Origin: an uncultured delta proteobacterium
GTDB taxonomy: Bacteria; Myxococcota_A; Polyangia; Polyangiales; Polyangiaceae
DNA length: 64,000 bases
Direction of reading: 5' to 3'
Assembly (NCBI GenBank): GCA_963841435.1
Contig: CAWJCS010000003.1
Location: 1,472,001 to 1,536,000 of the forward strand
A program made the position numbers and the translations under genes. Shown piece after piece: positions 32,909 to 43,348 of the stretch (its first letter is position 1; every line of letters begins with the position of its first letter). The notes beneath the pieces were generated by a model, which made no database searches, was not told the origin of the DNA, and saw only the letters and a list, made by a program, of their open reading frames with translations.

Positions 32909-33208
32909 ATGCTGTTCGTCACCCAGCTCGTCTACGTGCACCCCGGCAAGGAAAAGGAGTTCGACGACTTCGAGGCCCGCGTGCTGCCGCTGCTACCGAA
33001 GTACGGCGGCGAGCTGCTCATGCGGCTGCGCCCCGATGCCGCCAGCATGCTCGCAGGGACACTCGAGAAGCCCTACGAGGTGCACCTCGTGCGGTTCGAG
33101 GACCAGGACGGGCTCGCGCGCTACACGGCCGATGACGAGCGGGTGAAAGTGCTCGCCCTCAAGGACGAGGCCGTCAGGAGCCAGCTGATCGTCAAAGGCC
33201 GCGCGTGA
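32909..33208 (+). CDS. DUF1330-like (dimeric alpha-beta barrel) protein
   Basis: VLPLLPKYGG...EVHLVRF...Y..D pattern; 99 aa. Confidence 0.7.
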   Translation: MLFVTQLVYVHPGKEKEFDDFEARVLPLLPKYGGELLMRLRPDAASMLAGTLEKPYEVHLVRFEDQDGLARYTADDERVKVLALKDEAVRSQLIVKGRA

Positions 33209-33306
33209 GGAGAGATTCGGCCGCGACGCGAGGTGCGAGCCGAACCCACATCCGGGGATCGACTGGCCGACGTTGCCGGTGTTGGTGCAAACTGGAAGAA
33301 CCCGCC

Positions 33307-33861
33307 TTGTCCCCCGCTCGTTGCTTTTCGTGCCTGACACTCTCTTTTGCTCTCGTGAGCGCGGCGGCGTGCTCGAGCAAGGAGTTCACCGACGCCGCGG
33401 GCAGCGGGGGCACGAGCAGCGGCCCACCCGCGGACGTGTCGGGCATCTACACGGTGGCGCTCACGAACCGCCAGAACACGTGCAGTACCGTCACGGACTG
33501 GGTCGAGGGCGAGATGACGACGGACATCAAGCTCGACGTCATGCAGGACGGCGCCGACATCACGGGAAACGTCCAGGGGCTGGTGGGCGCGTGGCTCGCG
33601 CTGCTGATCGGCACGGCGGATTTCGAGGGCACCGTGCACGGCTCTGCCTTCAGCCTCACGGCTTACGGTACCAAGTCGAGCATGCAAGGGAACTGTACGC
33701 TGACGCTGAACGCCATCATCGACGCCACGCTGATCGGCAACTCGATCTCTGGCACGGTGACCTACAAGCCTGCCATCAGCACGAACCCGGACTGCGCGCC
33801 GTACGACTGCGAGGCCGTGCAAGAGCTCAGCGGCAGCCGACCGCCCCCGGCGGGTGGTTGA
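33307..33861 (+). CDS. Hypothetical lipoprotein
   Basis: LVSAAAC lipobox, beta-rich body with Cys pairs. Start uncertain. Confidence 0.7.
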   Translation: MSPARCFSCLTLSFALVSAAACSSKEFTDAAGSGGTSSGPPADVSGIYTVALTNRQNTCSTVTDWVEGEMTTDIKLDVMQDGADITGNVQGLVGAWLALLIGTADFEGTVHGSAFSLTAYGTKSSMQGNCTLTLNAIIDATLIGNSISGTVTYKPAISTNPDCAPYDCEAVQELSGSRPPPAGG

Positions 33862-33862
33862 T

Positions 33863-35200
33863 GTGCGTGGCCGACCACGGCGCCTCCTCTCGCTCGGCGC
33901 CCTGACTTTCGGCGCGCTGCTCGCCTGTGGGGGCGGGGACGACGCGGGCGTCGGCGGAACTTCAGCGAACGGCGGATCAGGGGGCGAAAACGGCGGATCG
34001 GGCGGCAAGGGCGGCGGCAGCGGGGCTTCGGCGAGCGGCAACGGCGGCGGCGGGACTTCCGCGAGCGGCAACGGCGGCGGCGGGACCGCGGCGAACGGCG
34101 GGACCGCGGCGAACGGCGGGACCGCGGCGAACGGCGGGGCGGCTGGCACGACCGGCGGGGCGGCTGGCACGACCGGCGGCTCGGCGAGCGGCGGGGCGAG
34201 CGGCTCGGGCGTCTGCTCCGACGCCTGCGCGTTCACCGGCGGCGTTGACTACCAGTGCAAAGTCCGGTTCATGTTCGGGGTGAACTACCCGTGGCAAAAT
34301 TTCGGGGGCGATTTCGGCGGCGGGACCCGCGGCGTCGCGGCGACGCGGAGCACGATCCAGACCACGCTCTCGACCATGGCCTCGAACGGAGTGAACGTCG
34401 TGCGCTGGTGGGTGTGGCCGAACTTCACGGGCAACGGCGTCTCGTTCGACGCCAGCGGCAAGCCCACGGGCCTCACGAGCACGACGCTCGCGGATCTGGA
34501 GGCGGCGCTCGAGCTCGCGGAGCAGTACGACCTTTACCTGATGCTCACGCTGTTCTCGTTCGACAACTTCAAGACCTCGCTCGACGCGAACCGTCGCATG
34601 TTGACCATCGCGCTCGACGCGACGAAGCGTGCGGCCCTCGTGGACAGCGTCGTGCGCCCCTTCGCGCGGGCGGCCACGGCGAGCAGCCACGGAAGGCGCG
34701 TCATCGCGTGGGATGTCATCAACGAGCCGGAGTGGGCCGTAACGGGGCCGAGCCTGTACGGCGGCGACGACCCCTTCGACCCAGCCAGCGACTGCTCTAC
34801 CATCACGCACGCTCAGATGGAAACGCTGCTCGTCGACGTCATCGCGGGGCTTCGCGCCGAGAGCCCCGCGCTCGTCACGGTGGGCGCGGCAGCCATGAAG
34901 TGGCGCCACGCCTGGTCGAGGCTGGACCAGGACTTCTATCAGTTTCACATCTACGATTGGGTGCAGGAGTTCTGGCCGTACACGACGAGCCCGTCCGAGC
35001 TCGGCGTCGCCGACAAGCCCGTCGTCATGGGCGAGTTTCCGCCTCAGGGCGTTTCAGGAGCGACCTATCGCACGATGCTGGACAGCTGGTACCAAAATGG
35101 CTACTCGGGGGCCCTGGCCTGGCGCGACGGCAGCTATCGCGTCAACTGGGCCGACGTGAAGGCGTTCGCCGATGCTCACCCCTGCGAGACGCAGTATTGA
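33863..35200 (+). CDS. Lipoprotein with Gly-rich linker and clan-A (GH5-like) glycoside hydrolase domain
   Basis: GALLAC lipobox; FGVNYPW, VRWW, WDVINEPE (acid/base), VMGEFP (nucleophile), GALAW. Confidence 0.85.
   Translation: MRGRPRRLLSLGALTFGALLACGGGDDAGVGGTSANGGSGGENGGSGGKGGGSGASASGNGGGGTSASGNGGGGTAANGGTAANGGTAANGGAAGTTGGAAGTTGGSASGGASGSGVCSDACAFTGGVDYQCKVRFMFGVNYPWQNFGGDFGGGTRGVAATRSTIQTTLSTMASNGVNVVRWWVWPNFTGNGVSFDASGKPTGLTSTTLADLEAALELAEQYDLYLMLTLFSFDNFKTSLDANRRMLTIALDATKRAALVDSVVRPFARAATASSHGRRVIAWDVINEPEWAVTGPSLYGGDDPFDPASDCSTITHAQMETLLVDVIAGLRAESPALVTVGAAAMKWRHAWSRLDQDFYQFHIYDWVQEFWPYTTSPSELGVADKPVVMGEFPPQGVSGATYRTMLDSWYQNGYSGALAWRDGSYRVNWADVKAFADAHPCETQY
34021..34174 (+). repeat. 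In-frame tandem repeats (30 bp x2, 18 bp x3, 21 bp x2) encoding the Gly-rich linker
   Basis: For example GGCGGGACCGCGGCGAAC x3 and GGCGGGGCGGCTGGCACGACC x2. Confidence 0.85.
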
Positions 35201-35204
35201 TACG

Positions 35205-35717
35205 GTGTCGAAAAGTACCCGGCGCACAATTTGGAACGTGGTGATCGTCGTGGGCGTTCTCGCGGCGGGCAGCACGTTCGTGGTCTGGCAGACGCGGTCG
35301 CTCGAACGCCACGAAAGGCCAGTGTCGGCGCACACGGGCCCCCAGCCGGGCAACGACGCGGCGGCGGCGATCGATCTGGCCCTCCCCGACCCCTCGTCGG
35401 ACCCTGCGCCGAGCGCCGCGCCGTTCGGCTCGGTGCTCACGCCCGACAAAGCCTCACGGCTCAGCATCGCCGAGCTCGAGGCGCTCGTTGCAAAGGACCC
35501 CGCCGCCGCGCTGCTCGGCTTCGATACGAGAACGGCGAAGAACGACGCCGAGGCAGAGCGGCTTGCCGTCATCGAGGTGAAGGCGCTCGTGGGCATCGGG
35601 CGCATGGGACCCGCGCGGGCGCGGGCGGCCGCCTACTACGAGCGCTGGCCCGACGGGCCTGACATCGCCGAGCTCGAGCGCCTCACGGGCCAGCATCCGA
35701 CCAAGCGCACCCCTTAG
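35205..35717 (+). CDS. Hypothetical membrane-anchored protein
   Basis: One N-terminal TM; C-terminal helical hairpin (I.ALV..GR...ARARA..Y..RWPDGP). Confidence 0.7.
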   Translation: MSKSTRRTIWNVVIVVGVLAAGSTFVVWQTRSLERHERPVSAHTGPQPGNDAAAAIDLALPDPSSDPAPSAAPFGSVLTPDKASRLSIAELEALVAKDPAAALLGFDTRTAKNDAEAERLAVIEVKALVGIGRMGPARARAAAYYERWPDGPDIAELERLTGQHPTKRTP

Positions 35718-35739
35718 CCGAGGCTAGAGCGCGACCCCC

Positions 35740-36279
35740 TCACGCCCGGAGCCGCTCGGAGATGCGGTGCCCGTCTCCGAGCTTTCGCCCGAAGAGGTTG
35801 ACGTACAGCACGCGCGGCGTCACGCCCGACTCCGCCGTCTGGACGTGGATGCGCTCGAGGGTCGCCGGCTGGCCGTGCATCGGTACGCGCGCGTGATAGC
35901 TCTCGCGAGCCCGCCGCACGACGGCGATCTCGCGCTTTTCGAAGGCCGTGAGGCGCATCCTGAAACCCTCGGGGGCAACGCTCCCCACGACGCTGTAGCC
36001 GTAGGCAAAGTGGCGCTCGAGCCACGTGAGCCCCTCGCGTCGCCCGTCCTTGGCCTTCATCACCCAGTAGGCGCTGATCGGATCCTCGGGGTTGACGCTG
36101 CCGCTCTCGCGGAGCCGGGCGTCGTAGTGGACGACGTTCGCGTTCGTGCTGCGCGTGATGACGAAGAGCGGCAGCGCGCGGCCCCCCGCTCGCGCGGGAG
36201 CGGGGTCGAACGTCGTGACGAGCACGCCCGAGAGCGCACCCACGAGCAACTGGCGGCGATCGAGGGCCTGGGACGGCAT
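35740..36279 (-). CDS. DUF4833-like protein with Tat-type signal
   Basis: DRRQLL twin-arginine signal; LFVITRSTNANVVHYD, PISAYW, LTWLERHFAYG. Confidence 0.8.
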   Translation of the reverse strand: MPSQALDRRQLLVGALSGVLVTTFDPAPARAGGRALPLFVITRSTNANVVHYDARLRESGSVNPEDPISAYWVMKAKDGRREGLTWLERHFAYGYSVVGSVAPEGFRMRLTAFEKREIAVVRRARESYHARVPMHGQPATLERIHVQTAESGVTPRVLYVNLFGRKLGDGHRISERLRA

Positions 36280-36389
36280 GACCCTTCATGCAGCACGCGC
36301 TCGTCGAGGCGAAGCAGAGTGCGAATCGACGCCATCAGTTTTCGCGTCCGACCCGCGAGCGTCACGTATTCGAGCTAATCGGGTAGTCC

Positions 36390-37535
36390 GTGCAGGCCCC
36401 GAGCTTGGCGCGCAGGCTCCGCCGCGGTGTGCGACGAACGTTGCTCGGCGCGGTGGCTTTCCTCCTTGCGAGCTGCGTCGTGCCCACCCGGGAGGCGACA
36501 CACGGCGTCGCGGCCGCGCCGCCGCCACCGGAGCAGCCGACGCACGTCGTCATCGTGACGCTCGACGGGGCGCGACCGCGAGAGATCTTCGAAGGAGTCG
36601 ATCCGGAGCTCGCGCGCGCGCAGGGGCTCCCGGAGGCGGCCGTCGTGGCGGCACACACGCTGTTGCCGAACCTCTCCGAGCTGATGGGCGCAGGCGCCGT
36701 GTTCGGCTCGGCTGCGGACGGTGCTCCCATGCAGGCATCGGGGCCAAACTTCGTTTCGCTGCCTGGATACACGGAGCTCATGACGGGACGCGGCCCGAGC
36801 TCCTGCGCCGACAACGGCTGCCGCTGGGTCGGGGAGCACACGCTCGTCGACGACCTCACGCGGGCGCGCGGCTGCCGCAGCGAGCGAGCCGCCGTCGTCT
36901 CGTCGTGGCCGGACATCGGGCGCGTCGTGGCGCTCCGTGCCGAGTGCGCGACGGTCTCGAGCGGTCGCCACGGCGGCAGCAACCGGGAGCGCTTCGAGGC
37001 TTCGCCGCGCCTCGCGCGGGCGCTCGAACGCGGTGAGAAGGTCGATCCCTTCCCGGGCGTCGGCGACTTTCGGCCCGACCGGCTCACGGCGCCCCTCGCG
37101 ATCGGCTACCTGGAGGAGCACGCGCCGGACTTCTTGTTCCTCGCTCTCGGAGAAACCGACGAGTACGCGCACCGGGGCGACTACCGCGGGTACCTCGCTG
37201 CCCTGCGCGAAGCCGACCGCAGCATCGGCGAGCTTCGGCGCGTGCTCGCGACCCTCGAGGCCAAGGGGCACCGAACGGCGCTGTTCGTCACGGCCGACCA
37301 CGGGCGCGCGCGCTCGTTTCGTGACCACGGTGAGCGCTACCCGGAGTCGGCGAGCATCTGGCTCGTCGCCGCCGGTTCCGCGATCACGCGACCGGCGGCG
37401 CCCTCGCGCCGGGCCCACCGGCTCGCCGACGTGGCGCCCACGGTGCGCCGTCTCTTGGGCCTCGCCGACGACCGCTCCGAGCGAGCCGGCGAGCCCTTCT
37501 CAGAGCTCGTGGGCGCCCGGCTCGCGACCCGCTGA
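36390..37535 (+). CDS. Alkaline phosphatase superfamily lipoprotein
   Basis: LLASC lipobox; VTLDGAR, SLPGY.ELMTG, ETDEYAH, VTADHGR, DVAPT. Confidence 0.85.
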   Translation: MQAPSLARRLRRGVRRTLLGAVAFLLASCVVPTREATHGVAAAPPPPEQPTHVVIVTLDGARPREIFEGVDPELARAQGLPEAAVVAAHTLLPNLSELMGAGAVFGSAADGAPMQASGPNFVSLPGYTELMTGRGPSSCADNGCRWVGEHTLVDDLTRARGCRSERAAVVSSWPDIGRVVALRAECATVSSGRHGGSNRERFEASPRLARALERGEKVDPFPGVGDFRPDRLTAPLAIGYLEEHAPDFLFLALGETDEYAHRGDYRGYLAALREADRSIGELRRVLATLEAKGHRTALFVTADHGRARSFRDHGERYPESASIWLVAAGSAITRPAAPSRRAHRLADVAPTVRRLLGLADDRSERAGEPFSELVGARLATR

Positions 37536-39092
37536 CGCGGCGGCCGTGCGCCGCCCAGGCTCGAGCGGCGCATAGCCCCACCAATCGCCGTGCCGATTGT
37601 CGAGGACGACGGGCTCGGGTGCGTCCGAGAAGAGCTTGTCCTCGCGATCCTCCGCGCTGCGCACGAGAAAGTAGTCGTACCCCGCGACCTCGTTCGAGCC
37701 GTCGAAGCGGTCGGGGCGCCACTCCGCGGCGTTCTGCATGTTGACCTTCACCGCGGGCCGGTAACGCACGACGGAGATCGGGTACATCGCGAACGAGTAG
37801 CCCTGCCGACCGCCCTTCTCGACGTAGTAGTACGCCGAGTAGTGGAGGTAGGCCGGAACGCCTGGGAACACGCGCGAGTTGCGCTCGAAGATCAGCGGGC
37901 GCATCGCGAGACCGGGGCGAAGCTCGCTCGTGAGAGCGTGGAAGCCGGCGGACTCCCGATTGAACGCCGCGAGCCGCCACACGAACACACCGAGCCAAAA
38001 CGCCGTGGCGAGCCCGAGGCCCGCCCGCGTCACGCCGACGAGCCACGAGCGTTTCGGCGCGCGCGGCACGAAGGCGAGCAAGAGCACCGGCAGGAAGAAC
38101 GCCGGCAGGCGTGTGTGAAGCAGCACGACGCCGCGGAACATCTCCGGGAAGAGTCCGTACCCGAGGAAAAACAGCGCGAGCGGCAGGCGACGTTCGAGCG
38201 CGCCCGAGGCCTTCGCGCCGACCGAGAGCAGCACGAGCGCGAGCAGTGCCATACCGAGCACGAGCGAGAAGTGATCCGAGGCACCCATGCTCGTGAGGAG
38301 CGCCGGGAAATCGAGCCAACGCCCGGGCAGAGGATTCCAGAGGTCGCCGCCGATACGCTGTGCGGCGGGGCCGGGGAAGAACCAGGCGAACGCGACGACG
38401 AGCGGCACCGCGAGCGGCGCGAGCCGAACCAAGAGCTTGCCGGTGCCGCGGCACAACACGAGCCCCGCCGTGCCGAGAACCATGGGGAGCGCGACGCCGT
38501 GAGCCACGAGCGTCAGCGTCGTGAAGAGGGCGACGGCGAGCCCCCTCGCCAGGCTCGGCGCCCGGGCATGATCGATGGCGGCGCTCAGCGCGAAGATACC
38601 GAGCGGCACCGCGGCGAGAAAGCTGACGAACCCGAAGTAGAAGCAGAGCCCGCACGCGCTCACGAGCCCCACGAGGCAGAGCCAGGGATCATGCCCGAGG
38701 CGAGCAGCGAGGCCGCGCACCGCGAGCATCGTCGCAACGACGCTCGCCCAAACGACGAGCTTTAGCGCGGCGACGACACCGAGCACCGGCGCGAGCGCCC
38801 GCGCGAGCGGGTACGCCACGAGGTACGGCGTGCGAAAGTTCAGCTCGAAGCGCTCGAGCGTCGCGGGGTCGCCCTGATCGAGCCGGAGCCACGTGGCGAT
38901 CTGCGCCGCGTGCTGCGGCAAGTTGACCATCGGCAGGTCCGGGAAGACGAAGAACGCGACGAACAGCACGGCGCTCGCCACGAGCATGCAGGCGAGCAAC
39001 CGTCGATCGGTCGCCGTCGGCCCACGCGGCCCTCGTTCGAGCGCAGCCACGGACCATCTGTCGCACGCCGTGCGCGAACGATGCGTGAACAA
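37500..39092 (-). CDS. Polytopic membrane protein (possible GT-C-like)
   Basis: Many TM segments; P..NLPQH loop motif; soluble C-terminus. Start uncertain. Confidence 0.7.
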   Translation of the reverse strand: MFTHRSRTACDRWSVAALERGPRGPTATDRRLLACMLVASAVLFVAFFVFPDLPMVNLPQHAAQIATWLRLDQGDPATLERFELNFRTPYLVAYPLARALAPVLGVVAALKLVVWASVVATMLAVRGLAARLGHDPWLCLVGLVSACGLCFYFGFVSFLAAVPLGIFALSAAIDHARAPSLARGLAVALFTTLTLVAHGVALPMVLGTAGLVLCRGTGKLLVRLAPLAVPLVVAFAWFFPGPAAQRIGGDLWNPLPGRWLDFPALLTSMGASDHFSLVLGMALLALVLLSVGAKASGALERRLPLALFFLGYGLFPEMFRGVVLLHTRLPAFFLPVLLLAFVPRAPKRSWLVGVTRAGLGLATAFWLGVFVWRLAAFNRESAGFHALTSELRPGLAMRPLIFERNSRVFPGVPAYLHYSAYYYVEKGGRQGYSFAMYPISVVRYRPAVKVNMQNAAEWRPDRFDGSNEVAGYDYFLVRSAEDREDKLFSDAPEPVVLDNRHGDWWGYAPLEPGRRTAAASAGREPGAHEL

Positions 39093-39176
39093 CCGTTGAC
39101 GGACCCGTGAAAGCTCGACAAAAATTGGCGCGACCGGGGCCGAAGCTCGCCCCCGCCCGTGACTCGCGCCCGGAGG

Positions 39177-39599
39177 TCAGTCCCACCCGCGCCCGCGGGC
39201 GCGCTTCTTCTCGCTTCGCTGCCGCTTGTCCGACAGGCGCGCCTCGCGCGCCGCCCGCGACGGTTTCGTCGCCCGGCGGCGGCGCGGGACGACGAGCGCG
39301 GCCCGCACGAGCACCGACAGCCGCTCCCGTGCAAGCTCGAGGTTTCGGGGCTGCGAGCGCGTGTCGTCGACGGCAACGACCAGCCGGCCCTCGGCGTCGA
39401 GGCGCCCGCGGTTGGCACCAAGTAGCCGCGCCTTGACCCCGGCAGGGAGCACGCTGCTCGCGCGCGCATCGAACCGGAGCTCCACCTTCGTCGAGACCTT
39501 GTTGACGTTCTGACCGCCGGGGCCGCCGGAACGCACGGCCGTGAAGGCGAGCTCCCGCCCCGGGATCACGAGGGCGGAGGTGATCGCGAGGTCGTCCAT
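39177..39599 (-). CDS. arfB: Alternative ribosome rescue factor ArfB
   Basis: RSGGPGGQNVNKVSTKVEL, RSQ.RN, basic tail RRATKPSR...KKRAR; TGATG coupling with putA. Confidence 0.95.
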   Translation of the reverse strand: MDDLAITSALVIPGRELAFTAVRSGGPGGQNVNKVSTKVELRFDARASSVLPAGVKARLLGANRGRLDAEGRLVVAVDDTRSQPRNLELARERLSVLVRAALVVPRRRRATKPSRAAREARLSDKRQRSEKKRARGRGWD

Positions 39600-42500
39600 C
39601 AGGGCGCCTTTTTGGCACGAACGCCCAGAAGCGCCAGCTCGAGGCTCATGTTGCCGTGTCGGTGCCGCGCGACCGAGCGGCTCTGCTCGATGACGTAGCG
39701 GCGGAGCTCGACGTAGCCGCTGTCCGAGACCGGCCCGGCTTCCGAGCCCGGCGCGAGCCCCGCGAGCTCGACGCGGCGCTCGGCTGCCCGCTCGCCCACG
39801 ACGCGCACCCAATCCCAGGTCTCCGCTGCGAGCACGCCGCGTGCTGCGTCGAGATCGGCAACGAGCTCGGCGCCCGCGGCCGCGAGCAGCGCCGGGTCGA
39901 GCGCTCCGCCATCGCCCTCGACGAGCACGCGGACGCCGGCACCCACGAGCCGCGCCGCGAGCAACGTGCTCACCGCGTCGAGCTTCGTCGTGCCCGTGAG
40001 CACCACGACTGCCACGCGGCAAGGTCGGTAGCAAAAGACGTCTTCGTGGCCGAGAACCCGGTCCTGAGCGTGCTCGGGCAAGAGCTCGAGCTCCAGGGCG
40101 CGCTCGTAGCTCTTCAGGCGCCGCGCGAGACGTTCGCGATCGGCGGGCGCCGCGTCGCGCAGGATCTCGGCGACGGCGTCGGAGAAGGGGCCCAGGTCGA
40201 GCTCGGGGCGAGGCGCGGACGCGCGCGGCGGATCCGGGACCATACACGGGCCGCGTCCGAGAGGGACGGCGCCCCGCGCGCCCCGATCACGCTCGCCCGT
40301 CACACGAACGAGCGAAAGCAGCGTGTTCGGTCCCCCGGCCTTGTAGCCCGCACCAAAGCTCGACGCCTTGTGACCTCCGAAGGGCTGCCGTCCGACGATG
40401 GCTCCGGTGATGGGTCGATTCACGTAGAGGTTGCCCGCCTGCATGGCCGCGAGAAACCTTTGCTGCTCCTTTTCGTCCAGGCTTTCGAGGCCGGCGGTGA
40501 GGCCGTACGCCGTGTCGTTGGCGAGCGCGAGCGCGTGCTCGAAGTCGTCCGCCTCCATCACGGAGAGCACCGGTCCGAAGAGCTCGGTCCGGTGCGCGAA
40601 GCTGCCGGGCAGAACGCCGTAGCGGACGCCGGGCGAGACGAGCCGCTCGTTTCGTGGGTCGCGCCGGGGCGAGACGAGCCAGCGCTCGTCGGCGTCGAGC
40701 GAGGAGAGTGCTCGTGCGAGCGGCCCCGCGGGCGGACGGATGAGCGGTGTCACGACGCTTTCGGGGTTCCACGCCGACCCGACGGCGAGGCTCTGCGTTG
40801 CGTCCGCGAGCTTCTCGCGAAACGAAGCGCTTCGGTACACTTCGCGTTCGAGCACGAGCAGCGAGCAGGCGCTGCACTTCTGCCCGGCGTGGCCGAACGC
40901 CGACCGCACGACGTGCTGCACGGCTTGCTCGCGGTCGCTCATGGCGCTCACGATGATGGCGTTCTTGCCTCCCGTCTCCGCCACGAGATCGAGCTCCGGA
41001 CGGAGCCTCAGGAACAGTTGCGCCGTCTCCGTGCCGCCCGTGAGCACGACCGTCGCCACGCGGCGGTCGGTGACGAGGGGCCCGGCGGCCTCGTCCTCGG
41101 CGAGCACGAGACCGAGCGCCGTCTCGGGGACGCCGGCGCGAAACAAGAGACTTGCGGCGATGGCGAGCACGAGCGGCGTTTCCGGGGGCGGCTTGAGCAG
41201 CACTCCGTTGCCGGCGACGAGGGCCGCAAGGGTCGAGCCGAGCGCGATCGACAGCGGGAAATTCCAGGGCGGCGTGACCACGACGAGGCCCTTCGGCTCG
41301 AGCACGAGCCGCTCCCGCAGCCGGGCGTGCTGCCGCGCGTAATACTCGGCGAAATCCACGGCCTCGGAGACCTCGGCGTCGGCTTCGAGAGCGCGCTTGC
41401 CCGCGTCCAGCACCATGGCACGGACGAGCTCGGCGCGTGCGCGGCGTAGCTCGTCGGCAACGGCAAGCACGATGTGCTCGCGCTCCTCGGCGGGCGTCGC
41501 CGCCCAGGCTCGTGCTCCCGGCTCGGCGAGCTCGACGGCACGCGTCACCATGGCGCGATCGGCGACGGCGTAGCGATAAGGCACTTCGCCGGGGCGCGAC
41601 GGATCGAAGCCGGCCCGCTCCGACCCTCCGAGCGTCTCGCCGCCGACGCGCGAAACGGGCGTCGCGTACACCTCCTTCTGCCCTCGCGCGAGCAGCTCGG
41701 CGAGCCAGGCGCGATTGTCCGCGAGCGAGGGGTCGGTGTCCGGCTCGTTCTCGAAGCCGGCTCGCCCCGCGCGAGCGGGCTCGGCGCGGCGATCTTGGTG
41801 GCGGAAGGGCTCGGTCGAGACGCTCGGTGCCACGGCGAGCGCCCGCGCGAAACGCTCGCGCTCTTCGACGAAACCCGCGTCACCGACGTGCATCGCGAAC
41901 GAGCGCCGCAGAAAGTTGTCCTCGGCCGTGTTCTCGTCGAGCCGCCGCACGAGGTAGGCGACGGCGCTCGGGAAATCGCGTTCGTCGACGCTGGGCGCGT
42001 ACACCAGGACTCGTCCCGCGATGCGCTGCACGACGCGCCTGAGCGGATCCGCCATGCCCTCGAGCATTTCGAGCTCCAGTGCATCCCCGATGGCGCGCGC
42101 TTCGCGCAGCAGCAGCGCGTATGCGATGTCGAACAGGTTGTGGCTGCCGACGCCGAGACGGACGCACGCCGCGTGCTCGGCGAGCGAGCCCACCGACAGC
42201 ATGTGGCGAAAGCTCGCATCGACGTCGCGCTTCGAGCGATAGGTGACGAGCGACAGCCCGCGCAGGGCCGCGTCGATCCGCTCCATCATCAGGTTTGCGC
42301 CCTTGACGAGGCGCTGGCGAATCGGAGCGCCGCCATGGCGTACGCGCTCCCGGGCGAAGCGCAGGAGCTCGGCTTGCTTTGCATGCGAATCGGGCAAGTA
42401 CGCCTGGAGCACGATGCCCGCCGTGAGCTCGCGGAGCTCGGGGCGAGCGAGGACGCGGGTGAAGAGCTCCACCGTGAGGTCGAGGTCGCGGTACGCTTCC

Positions 42501-43255
42501 ATGTCGAGGTACACGAGCTTCGGCTCGCGCGTGCCGTCGGGCCGTGCCACGGGGTGGTCGAGCGCCGCCCGGTAGATGCGGACGAGCTTTTCGGACAGGC
42601 GCGCCACGGTGGCGTCCCACGCCGCGAGATCGATGCGCGCGTCGATCGACGATAGCTTGACGCTGATCGTGTTGACCTCGGGTCGAGCCAAAAGCTCCAG
42701 GTAAGCCTCGAGGAAGCGCTCGGCATCGGCGTCACCGAGCACCTCCTCGCCGAGGCGGTTCAGATTGACGCGCAGCCCCTGCTCGGTGCGCTCGGCGAGG
42801 AACGTCGCGAGCCTCTGCGGGTCGGCCGGCGCAAGGTACGGAATGGCGTCCTCGTAGATGCGTCGGCGCACGGCGCGGGCCGTGAGCTCGGGTACGCTGC
42901 TGCCGAAGGCGCGCAGCGCGCGCAGCTCCAGTCGATCCCAGGCCGGCAGCGAGCGAGGCGCACCGAGCAGGTCGAGCAGCTGTTCGACTTGCTCCACGAG
43001 GCGCAGGCCGCTCGAGCTGCGGTGCGCCCGATCGGTGAGCGCCGACACGAACGCTTGCCCCACGGGGTCGTCGAGCAGCGCCCGCATCCGCTCGGCACGT
43101 TCGCGTTCGTTGATTTCCGTGCCGGCGTTGCTGGCCGCGAGCAACGCCGCCGCAAGGTCCGGCACGAGAGCCGGCAAGGCCCCTTCCTGGCTCGCGCGCG
43201 CCATGCCGAGGATCGCGTTGGCGTGCTCGAGCGCGGCTTCGTGGGAGGACGGCAC
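39599..43255 (-). CDS. putA: Bifunctional proline dehydrogenase / P5C dehydrogenase
   Basis: LDMEAY, VLQAYL, RLVKGA, SHNLFD, YLVRRLDEN; ALDH motifs PPWNFP, AETGGKN, GQKCSA, ELFGP. Confidence 0.95.
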   Translation of the reverse strand: MPSSHEAALEHANAILGMARASQEGALPALVPDLAAALLAASNAGTEINERERAERMRALLDDPVGQAFVSALTDRAHRSSSGLRLVEQVEQLLDLLGAPRSLPAWDRLELRALRAFGSSVPELTARAVRRRIYEDAIPYLAPADPQRLATFLAERTEQGLRVNLNRLGEEVLGDADAERFLEAYLELLARPEVNTISVKLSSIDARIDLAAWDATVARLSEKLVRIYRAALDHPVARPDGTREPKLVYLDMEAYRDLDLTVELFTRVLARPELRELTAGIVLQAYLPDSHAKQAELLRFARERVRHGGAPIRQRLVKGANLMMERIDAALRGLSLVTYRSKRDVDASFRHMLSVGSLAEHAACVRLGVGSHNLFDIAYALLLREARAIGDALELEMLEGMADPLRRVVQRIAGRVLVYAPSVDERDFPSAVAYLVRRLDENTAEDNFLRRSFAMHVGDAGFVEERERFARALAVAPSVSTEPFRHQDRRAEPARAGRAGFENEPDTDPSLADNRAWLAELLARGQKEVYATPVSRVGGETLGGSERAGFDPSRPGEVPYRYAVADRAMVTRAVELAEPGARAWAATPAEEREHIVLAVADELRRARAELVRAMVLDAGKRALEADAEVSEAVDFAEYYARQHARLRERLVLEPKGLVVVTPPWNFPLSIALGSTLAALVAGNGVLLKPPPETPLVLAIAASLLFRAGVPETALGLVLAEDEAAGPLVTDRRVATVVLTGGTETAQLFLRLRPELDLVAETGGKNAIIVSAMSDREQAVQHVVRSAFGHAGQKCSACSLLVLEREVYRSASFREKLADATQSLAVGSAWNPESVVTPLIRPPAGPLARALSSLDADERWLVSPRRDPRNERLVSPGVRYGVLPGSFAHRTELFGPVLSVMEADDFEHALALANDTAYGLTAGLESLDEKEQQRFLAAMQAGNLYVNRPITGAIVGRQPFGGHKASSFGAGYKAGGPNTLLSLVRVTGERDRGARGAVPLGRGPCMVPDPPRASAPRPELDLGPFSDAVAEILRDAAPADRERLARRLKSYERALELELLPEHAQDRVLGHEDVFCYRPCRVAVVVLTGTTKLDAVSTLLAARLVGAGVRVLVEGDGGALDPALLAAAGAELVADLDAARGVLAAETWDWVRVVGERAAERRVELAGLAPGSEAGPVSDSGYVELRRYVIEQSRSVARHRHGNMSLELALLGVRAKKAP

Positions 43256-43348
43256 GCGATGCTCATTTTAGCACCACTCCGCCACCGCCCGGTCCCCGCG
43301 CGGGAGCTTCGCCGGATCGGTCGCGCCAGGGGGACGAGCGTCAGGCGC

